A DNA stretch of 64,000 bases from Octopus sinensis (GCF_006345805.1 NC_043007.1:14384001-14448000), one strand, 5' to 3'. Shown: positions 48,699-60,765, counted from the stretch's first letter. The notes: a model not told the origin generated them from the letters alone. A program made the numbers and translations.

Positions 48699-48839
48699 AT
48701 GGCTACCGAATTAAATAGTAGATTTCTCTCTTCAAGTGAGAGCGATGATTTCTATGAACCTAGGACATATGGACATGGTGTCTCCAGCAATAATGGAGAT
48801 TTTAATGGCAGGCTCTCTGAACTTGCTGACAATTTAAAG
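48699..48839 (+). CDS. CEP128: CEP128 coding exon 1 (MATELNSRFLSSSESDD...ELADNLK)
   Basis: ATG in an exon with acceptor TTTCAG(CAG) at about 48616 and donor AAG|GTAAAT; SSSESD resembles the remembered vertebrate CEP128 N-terminus; phase 0 joins the next exon. Confidence 0.8.
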
Positions 48840-48913
48840 GTAAATTAAATTTGCTTCTATATTGATGTGTATATTTGACAACCTCCCTTGTGCTGGTACT
48901 GTGATAGGATTGA

Positions 48914-49395
48914 CAGCGAGCTGGCAGAAATGTTAGCACGCTGGGCGAAATGCTTAGTGGTATTATCCATTTGTCTGTCCTTGTTTGTCCCCTCTGTGTT
49001 TAGCCCCTTGTGGGTAGTAAAGAAATAGGTATTTCGTCTGCCGCTACGTTCTGAGTTCAAATTCTGCTGAGGTCGACTTTGCCTTTCATCCTTTCGGGGT
49101 CGATAAATTAAGTACCAGTTACGCACTGGGGTCGATATAATTGACTTAATCCGTTTGTCTGTCCTTGTTTGTCCCCTCTGTGTTTAGCCCCTTGTGGGTA
49201 GTAAAGAAATAGGTATTTCATCTGCCACTACGTTCTGAGTTCAAATTCCGCTAAGGTCGACTTTGCCTTTCATCCTTTCGGGGTCGATAAATTAAGTACC
49301 AGTTATGCACTGGGGTCGATATAATCGACTTAATCCGTTTGTCTGTCCTTGTTTGTCCTCTCTGTGTTTAGCCCCTTGTGGGTAGTAAAGAAATA
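48914..49395 (+). mobile_element. family B SINE concatemer (head, one partial and two full units) with a 13-bp TSD
   Basis: GGTACTGTGATAG at 48895-48907 and 49396-49408. Confidence 0.9.
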
Positions 49396-49679
49396 GGTAC
49401 TGTGATAGAATGCACCCAGTACTCAAATAAACTGAAGTCTCATAGGGTGAGGAAAACCCCTTAGTCTTGTCTTGTTGAGAACATGGGAACTTCTTTAGTG
49501 CTGGTGTCACAATAAGATACATTCAGTACACTCTGTGCTGACATTGTTATTAAGAAGGTATTTAGCCGTAGACATCATGCTAAAATGGAATGTGCAAGCA
49601 AGGGTTTATCAAATACTCAGTGTCTAACCTTTAGGCCACATACCTTCTTTACCAATGTACAAGATCAATATTTATTCTT

Positions 49680-50056
49680 TTATTTGTTTCAGTCATTTGA
49701 CTGTGGCCATACTGGAGCACTGCCTTTAGTCGAGCAAATCGACCCCCAGGACTTATTCTTTGTAAACCTAGTACTTATTCTATCGGTCTCTTTTGCTGAA
49801 CCGCTAAGTTACGGGGACATAAGCACACCAACATTGGTTGTCAGCAATGTTGGGGGTCAAACACAGACACACAAACATATACATATATATCTATATATAC
49901 GACGGGCTTCTTTCAGTTTCCGTCTACCAAATCCACTCACAAGGTTTTGGTCAGCCCGAGGCTATAGTAGAAGACACTTGCCCATGGTGCCATGCAGTGG
50001 GACTGAACCCAGAACCATGTGGTTGGTAAGCAAGCTACTTACCACACAACCACTCC
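49680..50056 (-). mobile_element. family A SINE (CEP128 intron)
   Basis: Family A match. Confidence 0.9.
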
Positions 50057-50132
50057 TGAGCCTGTATATTTTTGAATTAATTTTTTAATTTTCTCACCTA
50101 TTCTAAAATCATATTTTTTCTTATCTTTACAG

Positions 50133-50219
50133 GACACAACACGAAATCTAAAATCACTTGACCATATGTTAGATACTTACAAGGATATTGGTCATGAACA
50201 ACGCTCTTCCATTGATAAA
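50133..50219 (+). CDS. CEP128: CEP128 coding exon 2 (DTTRNLKSLDHMLDTYKDIGHEQRSSIDK)
   Basis: AG/GT boundaries, phase 0-0; matches the remembered human DTSRNLRQVDQMLGRY block. Confidence 0.9.
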
Positions 50220-50342
50220 GTATTTAATTATTCTAAATATGTTTATATTTTTTCTTCAGTCTTATGATTTTGGTGAAACTGTCGTTATATGTTGCTTTCT
50301 CTCTCTCTCTTTTTTTTTTTTTTGGGCTACTTTCTTTGTTAG

Positions 50343-50418
50343 TTACGAAAGGATTTTGATACGACTTGTGATGACATCCGAGATGAAAGATACAGACAAT
50401 CAAGTTTAAGTAGAATAG
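50343..50418 (+). CDS. CEP128: CEP128 coding exon 3 (LRKDFDTTCDDIRDERYRQSSLSRI)
   Basis: Poly-T acceptor and GTAAGT donor, phase 0-1. Confidence 0.8.
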
Positions 50419-50439
50419 GTAAGTTTCTGAATTTCTTAA

Positions 50440-50829
50440 TCTCTATATATAAAGCTGAAGTTGTCTGCATGTGGCAGGTTTGGTAGCCTTCAACTAACAC
50501 TATCTCCTCCGAGACCCTGCGGTACAAGTTGACCAAAATTGAAAGTATGATAGAAGAAGGCTTGCTCTTCCTTCCATAGAAGAAAAAATTCAAATCGGAC
50601 CTTGTTAACACCAAAAATTATTTACATCAAAAAGGTGCTTTCTTTCTATGAAAATCCCTATTTTTAAAGTTTTTTTTACTGCTGTGTTGTCATTTTTCGG
50701 TGCATTTCAACCAGAAAAATGTTCACTTAAAGAGAATAACAAGCTACATAATGCAAAATTTTTACTTTTCAAAAATTCCAATTCTAAAGGGTCAAAACAA
50801 ACCCAAGCAACGCTGGGCGATACTGCTAG
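50440..50829 (+). mobile_element. non-autonomous Helitron (family H1)
   Basis: A|TCTCTATATATAAAG ... hairpin ... CTAG|T. Confidence 0.9.
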
Positions 50830-51534
50830 TTTTGAAAATTGTAGTATTCTCAAGTGAAGCATTTGTCAGAGTATTTCATCTGCAGAAGAAGGTTACTGCT
50901 TGTTAAGTATGAAATTTTGGAAAGAAATTACAAATTGTTAAGTGTGAAATTTTGGTAAGAAATCATACATGTAAAATAGAAGACTGCTATTTGTTAGATG
51001 ACAAATTTTGATAAGAAATTATATGTGTGGAAGAAGTTTTATTTGTTAGCAGCCAGATTTTGGTAAGAAATTGTTCATGTTTTGGGAGATATTTGTACTT
51101 TTAAGGTACCAAATTAAGTGGGGTGGGGGGTAATCTGCAGAGATTGAATTTGTGATTCAAAGTATTTTTTTTTAATTCAACATTTAAAATTAATAAAGTT
51201 GAGTTGTTTTCATAAACTGAAATGTGTGTGTGTGTGTGGGGGAGGGAGAGAGAGAGAGAGAGAGAGAAAGAGAGTGGGGTATAGAGTGAGCTGGAATATG
51301 AGTAGAAAATTAAATTAAAATCTCTCATCTACTTTATACTATCTGGCTCTCAACTGATTCCCAGATCTCCATGACCTTTGTGTTTATTTTGTCCCTTTGT
51401 ATTTTACTGACAAGTAACCAATATATTAAAACATACGGACGGCCTGCTGTTCTTACCTTGGATCGTAGGGTGACCTGCTGTGCTTGAGGAGACCTATTGA
51501 GTCAAGGACATCAACATTAAAATAAAAATCAAAT

Positions 51535-51885
51535 GGAAATTGTACTTGTGATACCTATGCTGGTGGCACGTAAAAAGCACTATCCGAACGTGGCCGATGC
51601 CAGCGCCTCTTTGACTGGCTTCTGTGCCAGTGGCACGTAAAAGGCACCAACCGATCATGGCCATTGCCAGCCTCCCCTGGCACCTGTGCCGATGGCACGT
51701 AAAAAGCACCCACTACACTCACGGAGTGGTTGGCGTTAGGAAGGGCATCCAGCTGTAGAAATACTGCCAGATCAGACTGGAGCCTGGTGCAGCCTCCTGG
51801 CTTCCCAGACCCTGGTTGAACCATCCAACCCATGCTAGCATGGAAAACGGACGTTAAACGATGATGATGATAATGATGATGATGA
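51535..51885 (+). mobile_element. family C (RTE 3' end) copy
   Basis: Family C body with (GAT)n tail. Confidence 0.85.
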
Positions 51886-52128
51886 TACACTTCTCTCTTT
51901 CTATGTGTCAATGTGTAACATTTTAAATATAATCTTGCTTCTCTTCCTACTACATCGAGAGACTTCAAGATTATTATCTTCGTTATATTTGACCAAAAAT
52001 GTTAGTCTTTGTGAAATAACAATCAAAACATTTCAATAAAAATAAACTTGAAACTTGAGACTTTTTTGTTTCAATTTCATTTTTAGCTAATAAAATTAAC
52101 CCCCTTTTTGCTTTTCAAATCTTTGCAG

Positions 52129-52160
52129 ACCAAGACTACCCAAACCAACCTGGCTACGTA
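52129..52160 (+). CDS. CEP128: CEP128 coding exon 4, 32-nt microexon (DQDYPNQPGYV)
   Basis: TTTGCAG acceptor and GTATGT donor; phase 1-0 exactly bridges exons 3 and 5. Confidence 0.65.
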
Positions 52161-52221
52161 GTATGTATTATATATATTAAGTTTCTTCTTATTTGTTATT
52201 TACTAAGATTTTTATTATTAT

Positions 52222-52370
52222 TTGTAGTAGTAGTAGTAGTAGTAGTAGTAGCAACAGCAGCAGCAGCAGCAGTAGTAGTAGTATTAGTATTAGTAGTAGT
52301 AGTAGTAGTAGTAGTTGTTGTTGCTGTTGCTGTTGTTGTTGTTGTTGCTGCTGCTGTTGTTGTTGTACTA
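52222..52370. repeat. compound trinucleotide microsatellite (TAG)n(CAG)n(TAG)n(TTG/CTG)n
   Basis: Read directly. Confidence 0.9.
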
Positions 52371-52454
52371 GTCCAGACCTAATCTCAAGTAAACCTGTTG
52401 TAGGTTTGGTTATTTAATAAGTTTCAATGGCTTTTATCTGTTATTGTATTTTAG

Positions 52455-52603
52455 CATCCACAGAGGAAGAAGAAATCTGCTGTCCATTTTGCTGATGATT
52501 TAAAGAAAGAAGTGCATTCTTTGCACGAGTCAGTGAGAGATCTGTCTTATAATCAGAGAAAATTTGAAGATTCTTTGACTGAAGATCGTGATCACAGAGA
52601 TCG
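52455..52603 (+). CDS. CEP128: CEP128 coding exon 5 (HPQRKKKSAVHFADD...LHESVRDLSYNQ...RDHRDR)
   Basis: AG/GTAAGT, phase 0-2; resembles human GVRF...FHQSLRDLSSEQ. Confidence 0.9.
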
Positions 52604-52704
52604 GTAAGTAGGAGAACTTTTGTTTAATTTCTGCAAATAAGGGTTCAGATTTGCTCCTTCCAAGTTTAAGATTTAGTCTCACAAACATTTGGTAGGTTAA
52701 ATAT

Positions 52705-53308
52705 ATTTCTTTATCGCCCACAAGGGGCTAAACACAGAGGGGACAAACAAGGACAGACATAGGTATTAAGTCGATTACATTGACCCCAGTGCGTAACTGG
52801 TACTTAATTTATTGACCCCGAAAAGATGAAAGGCAAAATCGACCTCAGTAGAATTTGAACTCAGAGCATAATGGCAAACGAAATACCTATTTCTTCATTA
52901 CCCACAAGGGGCTGAACATAGAGGGGACAAACAAGGACAGACATAGGTATTAAGTCGATTACATCGACCCCAGTGCGTAACTGGTACTTAATTTATTGAC
53001 CCCGAAAGGATGAACGGCAAAGTTGACCTTGGCGGAATTTGAACTCAGAAAGTAATGGCAGACGAAATGAAATACCTATTTCTTTATTACCCACAAGGGG
53101 CTAAACATAGAGGGGACAAACAAGGACAGATACACGGATTAAGTCGATTATATCGACCCCGGTGCGTAACTGGTACTTAATTTTATTGACCCCGAAAGGA
53201 TGAAAGGCAAAGTTGACTTCAGCGGAATTTGAACTCAGAGCATAATGGCAGACGAAATACCGTTAAGCATTTCGCCTGGCGCACTAATGTTTCTGCCAGC
53301 TCGCCGCC
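52705..53308 (-). mobile_element. family B SINE concatemer (head plus three units) with a 17-bp TSD
   Basis: TTTGGTAGGTTAAATAT at 52688-52704 and 53309-53325. Confidence 0.9.
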
Positions 53309-54004
53309 TTTGGTAGGTTAAATATTATAAAAGAAACAGCAAGCTGATATAATCACAGAACATGCCACAACTTCTCTGTCTCTCTCTCCACAAGCATTTT
53401 TTCTTTCTTCTCTTTCCATCATTCTCAGTGTTGGCTTCTGTTCCTCACCCCTCCCTTCTTGGTATCAGCTTCTGTTTGTCTTTTTCCTTAATAATTGTCA
53501 AATATAAAGTATACTAAAGAAGATGGATGGTAGAAAGATCATCATGAAACAGTATGTTGTTTGAATTTATTAATGCTAGTTTTATGAAAAGATGTTTAGG
53601 TATCAAACTAAATCCATTATAATGAGTTTGGTATGTCTACCAACGTCTGAAAATGCTAAAATGGGATAATTATCCAAATCAACAATCAACAATCCTGGTT
53701 TGGGCCTAAATATCTGAAGGTGAATGTTGCCAAGATTAAAGATTAAGTTGTAACAAACTATATCACTATATTTTAAATCATATCATAACAGACTGGTGTT
53801 ATTATATCATAGACCAAGTTGTAAAAATATTGGTGTATGCCTTATACCAAATTGTAGCAGACTGGTCTTATTGTATTTTAGACTAAGTTGTAAAAGACTG
53901 CTCTCATTAAATCCTACACCAGGTTATAAGGAATTTTATATGACAAAGATACAGATAGTGGCCATGTGGTTAAGATGTTTGATCTCCAACCATGTGTTTG
54001 TTTG

Positions 54005-54300
54005 TTTGTTCCTTCTCGAGCCATGACTGGCTCATAAGGGCCAGTTTCCTTGGCGTATAGGTTTCCCACCTGGACGGGTCGCCGGTCTGTCGCAGGTGAG
54101 CTGCAAGATGCAGGAGGAAAGAGTGAGAGAAAGTTGTGGCAAAAGAGTCAGCAGAAGAAGTTTGCCATTACTTTCTGCCGGAGCCTCGTGGAGCTTTAGG
54201 TGTTTCGCTCATAAACACACACACTGCCCGGTCTATGATTCGAACCCGCGATCCCTCGACCGCCAGTCGGCTGCTCTAACCACTAGGCCATGTGCCTCCA
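54005..54300 (-). mobile_element. tRNA-derived SINE, further family (E)
   Basis: Minus head GGAGGCACATGGCCTAGTGGTTAGAGCAGCC...GCGGGTTCGAATC with A and B boxes. Confidence 0.75.
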
Positions 54301-54837
54301 CACCATGTGCTCTTGGGTTCAGTCTCACTGTGTGACACCTGGGGCAAATGTCTTCTGCTATAGCTTTAGGCTAGCTAAAGCCTTGTGAGTAGATGGAAAC
54401 TGAAAGAAGCCCATTGTATGTGTGTGTGTGTGTGTGTGTGTGTGCTAGTGCTACATAAAAAGCACTCAGTACTCACTGTAAAGTGGATGGCATTAAGAAG
54501 AGTGTCCAGCTGCAGAAACCATGCCAAAATAGACATTGAAAACTGATGCAGCTCCTGTTAAACCGTCCAACCCATGCCAGCATGGAAAACAGATATTAAA
54601 TGACAATGATGATATGTATGTGTGTGTGTTTAGTTTATATATGTATGTATATGTGTATCCTTATCTTGATATCATGTAATGATTGTAAATAAGCATCACT
54701 ATCTATCAAGCAATGTCATTTGTTTGCTGTCGTCCATAGTGAAATATTACCTTGCACAGAAACAAGCGAAGGTTGGTAACAGGAAGGGCATGTGACCATA
54801 GAAATCTCAACAAATTTTGTCTGACCTTGCAACCAAG

Positions 54838-55095
54838 GGTGGAGGCACGTGGCTTAGTGGTTAAGGTATTGAACTCATGATCGTTAGGTTGTGGTTTCGA
54901 TCCTGGACCGGGTGATGCATTGTTTTCTTGAGCAAAACACTTCATTTTCACTTTGCTCCAGTCCACTCAGCTGGCAAAAATGAGTAATCCTGCGACGGAC
55001 CGGTGTCCCATCCAGGTGAGGAATTTCTACGCCACCGAAACCGGGAAACCGGCCCTTACGAGCCTAGCATGGCATGAGAAGGAACATTTTTTTTT
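54838..55095 (+). mobile_element. family D SINE
   Basis: GGCACGTGGCTTAGTGGTTAAGG head and GTTTTCTTGAGCAAAACAC core. Confidence 0.85.
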
Positions 55096-55243
55096 TCTTG
55101 CAACCATGGCAAAGTGACAATAATGAAAGATTATTTGAGATTAAATTAATTGACAATAGCAAGAAAAATATTAATTAATACGTAACAAAGCAATTGTTGG
55201 TAAAATTGATTTAATTTATTTATAATTTTATTTCACATTGAAG

Positions 55244-55325
55244 TTTTGCCTTGGAGACAAAACGTGCTATGAATGCACTTGCAAATTCCATAAACCACCA
55301 AACAAACTCAGAAAACAAAGATTCT
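55244..55325 (+). CDS. CEP128: CEP128 coding exon 6 (FALETKRAMNALANSINHQTNSENKDS)
   Basis: AG/GTAAGT, phase 2-0; ETKRA matches human AETKRAL. Confidence 0.85.
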
Positions 55326-55571
55326 GTAAGTTTTTCTTTTACCTATTTCTTTTCTGTTAATCAAAACTTCTGAAGTAGTTTGGAAATAATAGTTTTTAAA
55401 CTGTCTCTGCAGTATATTCAACCCAAAACATGTATATTTAAGATATTGATCATTTCAATGTTCCTCCTAATGTTAGCTAAAGTATTGCAGTAATTTCATA
55501 TCAATTATTTCTTAATGAGAATTATTTTAGGACTGAGTACATTTGATCAATTTCTAGCTGTGGCTGGTATA

Positions 55572-56196
55572 TCTTCTCTATATCTATAAACAGTAAAATA
55601 TCTGTGTATCTGTGTGTCTGTGTGTCCTTTATACAAATTCACAGTTTTTCATGTAAAAGGCTCGCATTTTCTATGAGCTTTCAAAACTGTCTGAGGGTGG
55701 TCATGAAGATATTTTTATTTCCCCAGTCACCCCAGAAAGCCATTTAAAAAAATTGATAAACCGACCCCTTATGCCCATAAGTTATGGGCATATCCATTCA
55801 AAATCGCTAAAAAGTAGAAAGTTGTACGTGGTGAGTGTGTACAACTAGATACACCAATAGACTGCCAGCTGTTTTTTGATTGGATGAAGATAATTCTACC
55901 CTTGACGGTTGAATGCGCGTGCGCATTTGCAGACAGTCTGTATGACTCAATGCATTTTTGTGTTTTGCGAAGGCGAGTTATCATGTGTTTTGGCTTTCAA
56001 ACGTGCACGCTTTTTTGATTTGAGAAATGTAGGGAATAATTAACGAGTTAGACCAAGGAATGACAAGAGATCAGGATTTTCATGAAAGACCAAATATGCT
56101 TGATACGCAACCATTCCTTAATTATGCCATAAAATGACCCGGCACTGAACAACAAGCACTAGCACTAGACCCGGCAACGCTGGGTCATAGTGCTAG
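55572..56196 (+). mobile_element. non-autonomous Helitron (family H3)
   Basis: TC-type 5' end, hairpin CCCGGCAACGCTGGG and CTAG end; the first ~200 bp are shared with 62500-62751. Confidence 0.8.
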
Positions 56197-57248
56197 GTAT
56201 TCTTTAAAACAGAGTATATTATTTCAACAATGCAGAGGAGACTATAATATCTGTTATAATTTAATTATTCATAGTCTGATGTAATATTTTGTAATATAAA
56301 AATTCCTTCTTCAGATATTGCTAGCAATTAATCAAGTCACTACTATAATTGGTATTCCAATGGTTATTTACATATATATTATAAAATATATATAAAAAAA
56401 TTAACAGAATGAGATAAAAATCCAAGCCTGTGAAAGATTTCAGAATATTTATAAAGAGAAGGTCTGTTTCAGGGATATTTTATATATCTCTTCATCGGAG
56501 ACTGCAAGAAAATGGTTAAGCAATAGTTATTCTAGAGAAGATATGAAATAGAGAGTGAAGTGGAGGGATGAAAACAGACGTGAGATATGCAGGGATATTG
56601 CATCTGTAGTTCCATTATTTAAGCAGAATGGTATACATATAAGTTTCCTGTACCTTGTGTGTAAGTTCCAGTAGTATTTAAAATTGGTCATTCCAAGCAT
56701 TGAGTTTGTAAACGGTGTTATTGGATTGAGGGTTTGTTTTTTATATATATTATAAAATATATTTAAACACAAAGAAAAATTACATATAACAGGCAATTTC
56801 TACACGCTAGGAGACAGTCAAATAAAAGCTTTTACTTTGTAAAAGTTTTTATTTTTTCATTCCCTTTGAAATTGCTTAAATTTTTTTTGTGGTTTTTCGG
56901 TCGTTATGACTGTCTCCTAGCATGTAGAAATTGCCTGTTATAGGTAATTTCTCTTTGTGTTTAAATGTACACTATTTTATATTGAATAATATGTTGTCTA
57001 TTGCTAGGCCACTGGTAGTGAAATTTGTAAAAATTTTAATACCTTATATAGATATCTAAATATATTATAAAATATATATATAATATTTGTAAAATATATA
57101 TTATCTGTAGTATTTCTACATATGTTATGTAACATCTGATGCAGTAACATAAGACACCAGTTTGGATGTATAGTCAAAGATCCTTTCCAAGTTGTTTGTA
57201 TTTATGAACAAGTGTTTTATTTGATGTTTTTTTTTTTTACTGAAAAAG

Positions 57249-57371
57249 ACTTCGGCAAGAGTTGAGAAGCGCTTGAGTGCCATTCAAGATGAACTTCAAG
57301 TTGAACGCCAAATGTTAATGGAGAAACAAAATAAAGAAAATTTGGGTAGTCTGTCTTCAGAGTTGAAGCAG
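57249..57371 (+). CDS. CEP128: CEP128 coding exon 7 (TSARVEKRLSAIQDELQVERQ...LGSLSSELKQ)
   Basis: AG/GTAAGT, phase 0-0; resembles human SDRVERRLQELERE...LGLMSLQLQE. Confidence 0.9.
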
Positions 57372-58139
57372 GTAAGTTTGGAAAATTTGTGCTTGCCAGG
57401 TTGCATGCACACATGCATGCACACACACATGTAAGATGGGATTCCACACAGTTTCCTCCTACTAAATTTACTCACAAGGCATTGGTTGGCCCAGGGCTAT
57501 GGTAGAAGACAATTGCCAAAGGTGCTGCACTGTAGTACTGAACTCAAAACTGTGTGGTTGCTGTGGTGTATGCGAGAGATTTGAAATAAAGACACCTACC
57601 TTCTCTTCGTTGATGTAGACCTCTCCAGTGGTAACGCAGCCTTCCACGTGGCCCGACCCAAACGCCAGAAATAGCAGCTGCTTTTCCCTTACCTTGACAG
57701 AGCGCTCACATGTCCAGCTTTGTTGACTACCCCAATCGAAAAGGCCCAATGCTCCCCTGCCTGCGTGTGCATCACTCCTGCCCCTTCCTCTTCCGGTCAG
57801 CCCCAAGTTCCGGTCAGCCCCAAGTTCCGGTCAGCTCCCCAGCTGCTGACATCATCCCACAGTTGCAAAGTGAGTTTCTTAACTGTATGCAATCTCAGTG
57901 AAATGTTTAATGGAAACATCTGCAAGAGTTCCAAGTATTTTTTAAAACCTTTCAGCTGAAGCTTTCTAATTTTGGTAAAAATCATAGATTTTTCTTCAAG
58001 AATATAAATTAAGTGTGAGTGAGAAATAACAATTATATCAAAATATTGACTCTTGTTAGTAATGTCTGTTAATTCCTTCAAAACCTTCCTGTAACTGTTA
58101 TCAGGCCTTATCATCATAGTCATTTAATTTCCAACTTCC

Positions 58140-58770
58140 ATACTGAGACCTCTGGAAATATGCTGTGTAGCAGAAGACTCGGCAAGCGCAAGTGTGACCA
58201 TAACCTAGTGGCCTATGCTAGGGGTGTAACCAGTCCACTTATGCATGCCTTTTCTTCATTGGACACTAAACTCTGCTTACGAAGACCAGTTGAGGCGAGT
58301 GAAATCAAAGTCGAAATCAAACTCGGTGACTGGTATCCGTTGCTAGTGGAGTGCTAAGAGTACCATACGAGTGAGATCGTTGCCAGAGCAACAAGCTGGC
58401 CTCCGAGCCAATGGCACGTTAAGCACACCATTCGAGCGTGATCGTTACAGCGTCGCCTTACTAGCACTTGTGCTGGTGGCACATGAAACATTCAAGCGAG
58501 GTCGTTGCCAGTGCCGCTGGACTGGCTCCTGTGCAGGTGGCATGTAAAAAGCACCATTTGGGCATGGCCGTTGCCAGTACCACCAAACTCGCCCTCATGC
58601 CGGTGGCACGTAAAAGCACCCACTACACTCTCGGAGTGGTTGGCATTAGGAAGGGCATCCAGCTGTAGAAACTCTGCCAGATCAGATTGGAGTCTGGTTC
58701 GCCAGACCTCAGTCAAATCGTCCAACCCGTGCTAGCATGGAAAGCAGACGTTAAATGATGATGATGATGA
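58140..58770 (+). mobile_element. long family C / RTE 3' end copy
   Basis: Includes the ORF-end segment homologous to about 13800-13940 and the (GAT)n tail. Confidence 0.85.
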
Positions 58771-59551
58771 TACTGGCATGGATGGAATGGTTTGACAGGA
58801 TCTGTGATGGTGCTGAGCTCTGTTGCCTATTTGGGGCATAATTTCTAACTCGAGCCACTTCCTAACTCCAACCACTTTACAGAGTGTACTGGGTGTTTTC
58901 TTCATAGCTCCAGCACCAGTGAGAATTGTCTGATAACTTACAAGTTTCAAAACCTAAAGTGACTTCTGTAACTGTGGGAGAAAAGAAGGAAGTATGGGGG
59001 ATGCTTCTAAGCAGAGGGATGAAGGATGGTAAGTAAGAAGAGAGGATGAAGGGGAGCATACAAGGAACAAGGGAGAGGGGAGGCGTTAGTGATTAGGGAT
59101 TATAGAGATAAAAGAAGGGAAGCTGAAAGGTGATAGGGTGGGTTGTGTAAGTGGGGTGGTTTAAGGCTATCCAGTGTTATAAAGGGGTAAGTATATAATA
59201 ATGAAATTATTGTATACAGTGCTCAGGTGCACAAAGGTAGACTTGCAAAGAAGGTTTTCTAGTAAAGTATGAACAGGTGTGAGGGAAAAGGGGGACAGGG
59301 TGGGAACAATAGGTAAGGAAGGAGAGAAGATTAAAACACTGTTCTTTCTTTCAGTGTATGAAATGAAAGGTGTGAGTTATGTGAACAAATTGATAATTAA
59401 TTAAGATTAATAAAATATTTAATTTTTAAATACAAGACATTGGAAGTAATTTTAAAGATTTTTTAAGGTAAATTTATTTAATTCATTAGTGATGGATAAT
59501 AAAGTAAATAAAGTTTTTAATTATAATCATTAAATTAAATTTAGATAGGCA

Positions 59552-59940
59552 CAGTAGTGACTGTGTGGTATGTAGCTTGCTTACCAACCACACAGTTCCG
59601 GATTCAGTCCCACTGTGTGGCACCTTGGGCAAGTGTCTTCTACTATAGCCTTGGGCCGACCAAAGCCTTGTGAGTGGATTTGGTAGATGGAAACTGAAAG
59701 AAGCCCGTCATATATATATATATATGCATGTATGTATATGTTTGTGTGTCTGTGTTTGTCACCTCAACATCGCTTGACAACCGATGTTGTTGTGTTTGGG
59801 TCCCCATAACTGAGCGGTTTGGCAAGAGAAACCAATAGAATAAGTACTAGGCTTACAAAGAATAAGTCCTGAGGTCGATTTCCTTGACTTAAGGTGGTGC
59901 TCCAGCATGGCCACAGTCAAATGACTGAAACAAACTAAAG
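59552..59940 (+). mobile_element. family A SINE
   Basis: Family A match. Confidence 0.85.
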
Positions 59941-60107
59941 AACACTCAATGAGTGTGAATCCAAGATAGAAAAATGTGCACAGAGCTACCCTTGTTCTCT
60001 GTATATATTTTTTGCTGTCTTGGATTAAATGAGATTTAATTATAAAGTGACTAACAATGTAATTTAATGTGTATTTCAATTCCTTTGTGTTGCAATTTTA
60101 TTTTCAG

Positions 60108-60284
60108 GCCTTGCAACAGCATCAAAATTTCCTCTCTACAGTCCAGACCAATGCTGCTGCATCAGTTGTGCCGGTTGCACCAGCAGCCTCACATCTTGCT
60201 CCCACAACACATCCAAGCAACAATGTACAAGAGATGAGCACATATAAAACACAATATCTGGAGTCTGAAGCACAAAGACATAAA
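60108..60284 (+). CDS. CEP128: CEP128 coding exon 8 (ALQQHQ...YLESEAQRHK)
   Basis: TTTTCAG/GTAAGT, 59 codons, phase 0-0. Confidence 0.85.
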
Positions 60285-60690
60285 GTAAGTATTTTGGGAT
60301 CTTTTCAGTTTGAATGGCAGTTTTTAACTCAGTTGTCATTCAGCTAGTGTTAGGAATATAAATTGCGACTAAGGTTTGGTGGTATATTTTGATGCAAAAC
60401 TTATAAAAACAAGACATTTGTACTACAGAGCTGGGTTGGTAATGAAAGGGTTAACAGTAAGAATCATGTTGTTGTTGTTGGTGGTGGTGATGTTGATGAT
60501 ATGAAGTAGGACAGTTGATTCAAGTTTAGAATATTTTAAACTTTTTTTCAAAAATAGATTTTGAGATTAGAACAAGTTTTGGAATGCATACTTAGAACTA
60601 ATCTGTACATTTCATAATGTGCTAATTAAGTTTCCTCCCACGCTGATTCTTCTTTAATCACTTTAGTCTTTACTCAATGTTTATTGACAG

Positions 60691-60765
60691 ATAGAAACAG
60701 AATTGGTCAATCTCAGGCACCGACTTGACCACAGTGAAGGCAGTCGGAACACTCTGCAACAAGTG
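60691..60765 (+). CDS. CEP128: CEP128 coding exon 9 (IETELVNLRHRLDHSEGSRNTLQQV)
   Basis: AG/GTAAGC; SEGSR.TL matches human QSEGSRETL; alternative in-frame donor 3 nt upstream. Confidence 0.9.

Noticed and set aside
52705-53308. Regular roughly 180-bp repeats as a CRISPR array or retrozyme
   Set aside because: The context is eukaryotic, there are no unique spacers and no ribozyme core was found; they are explained as SINE concatemers
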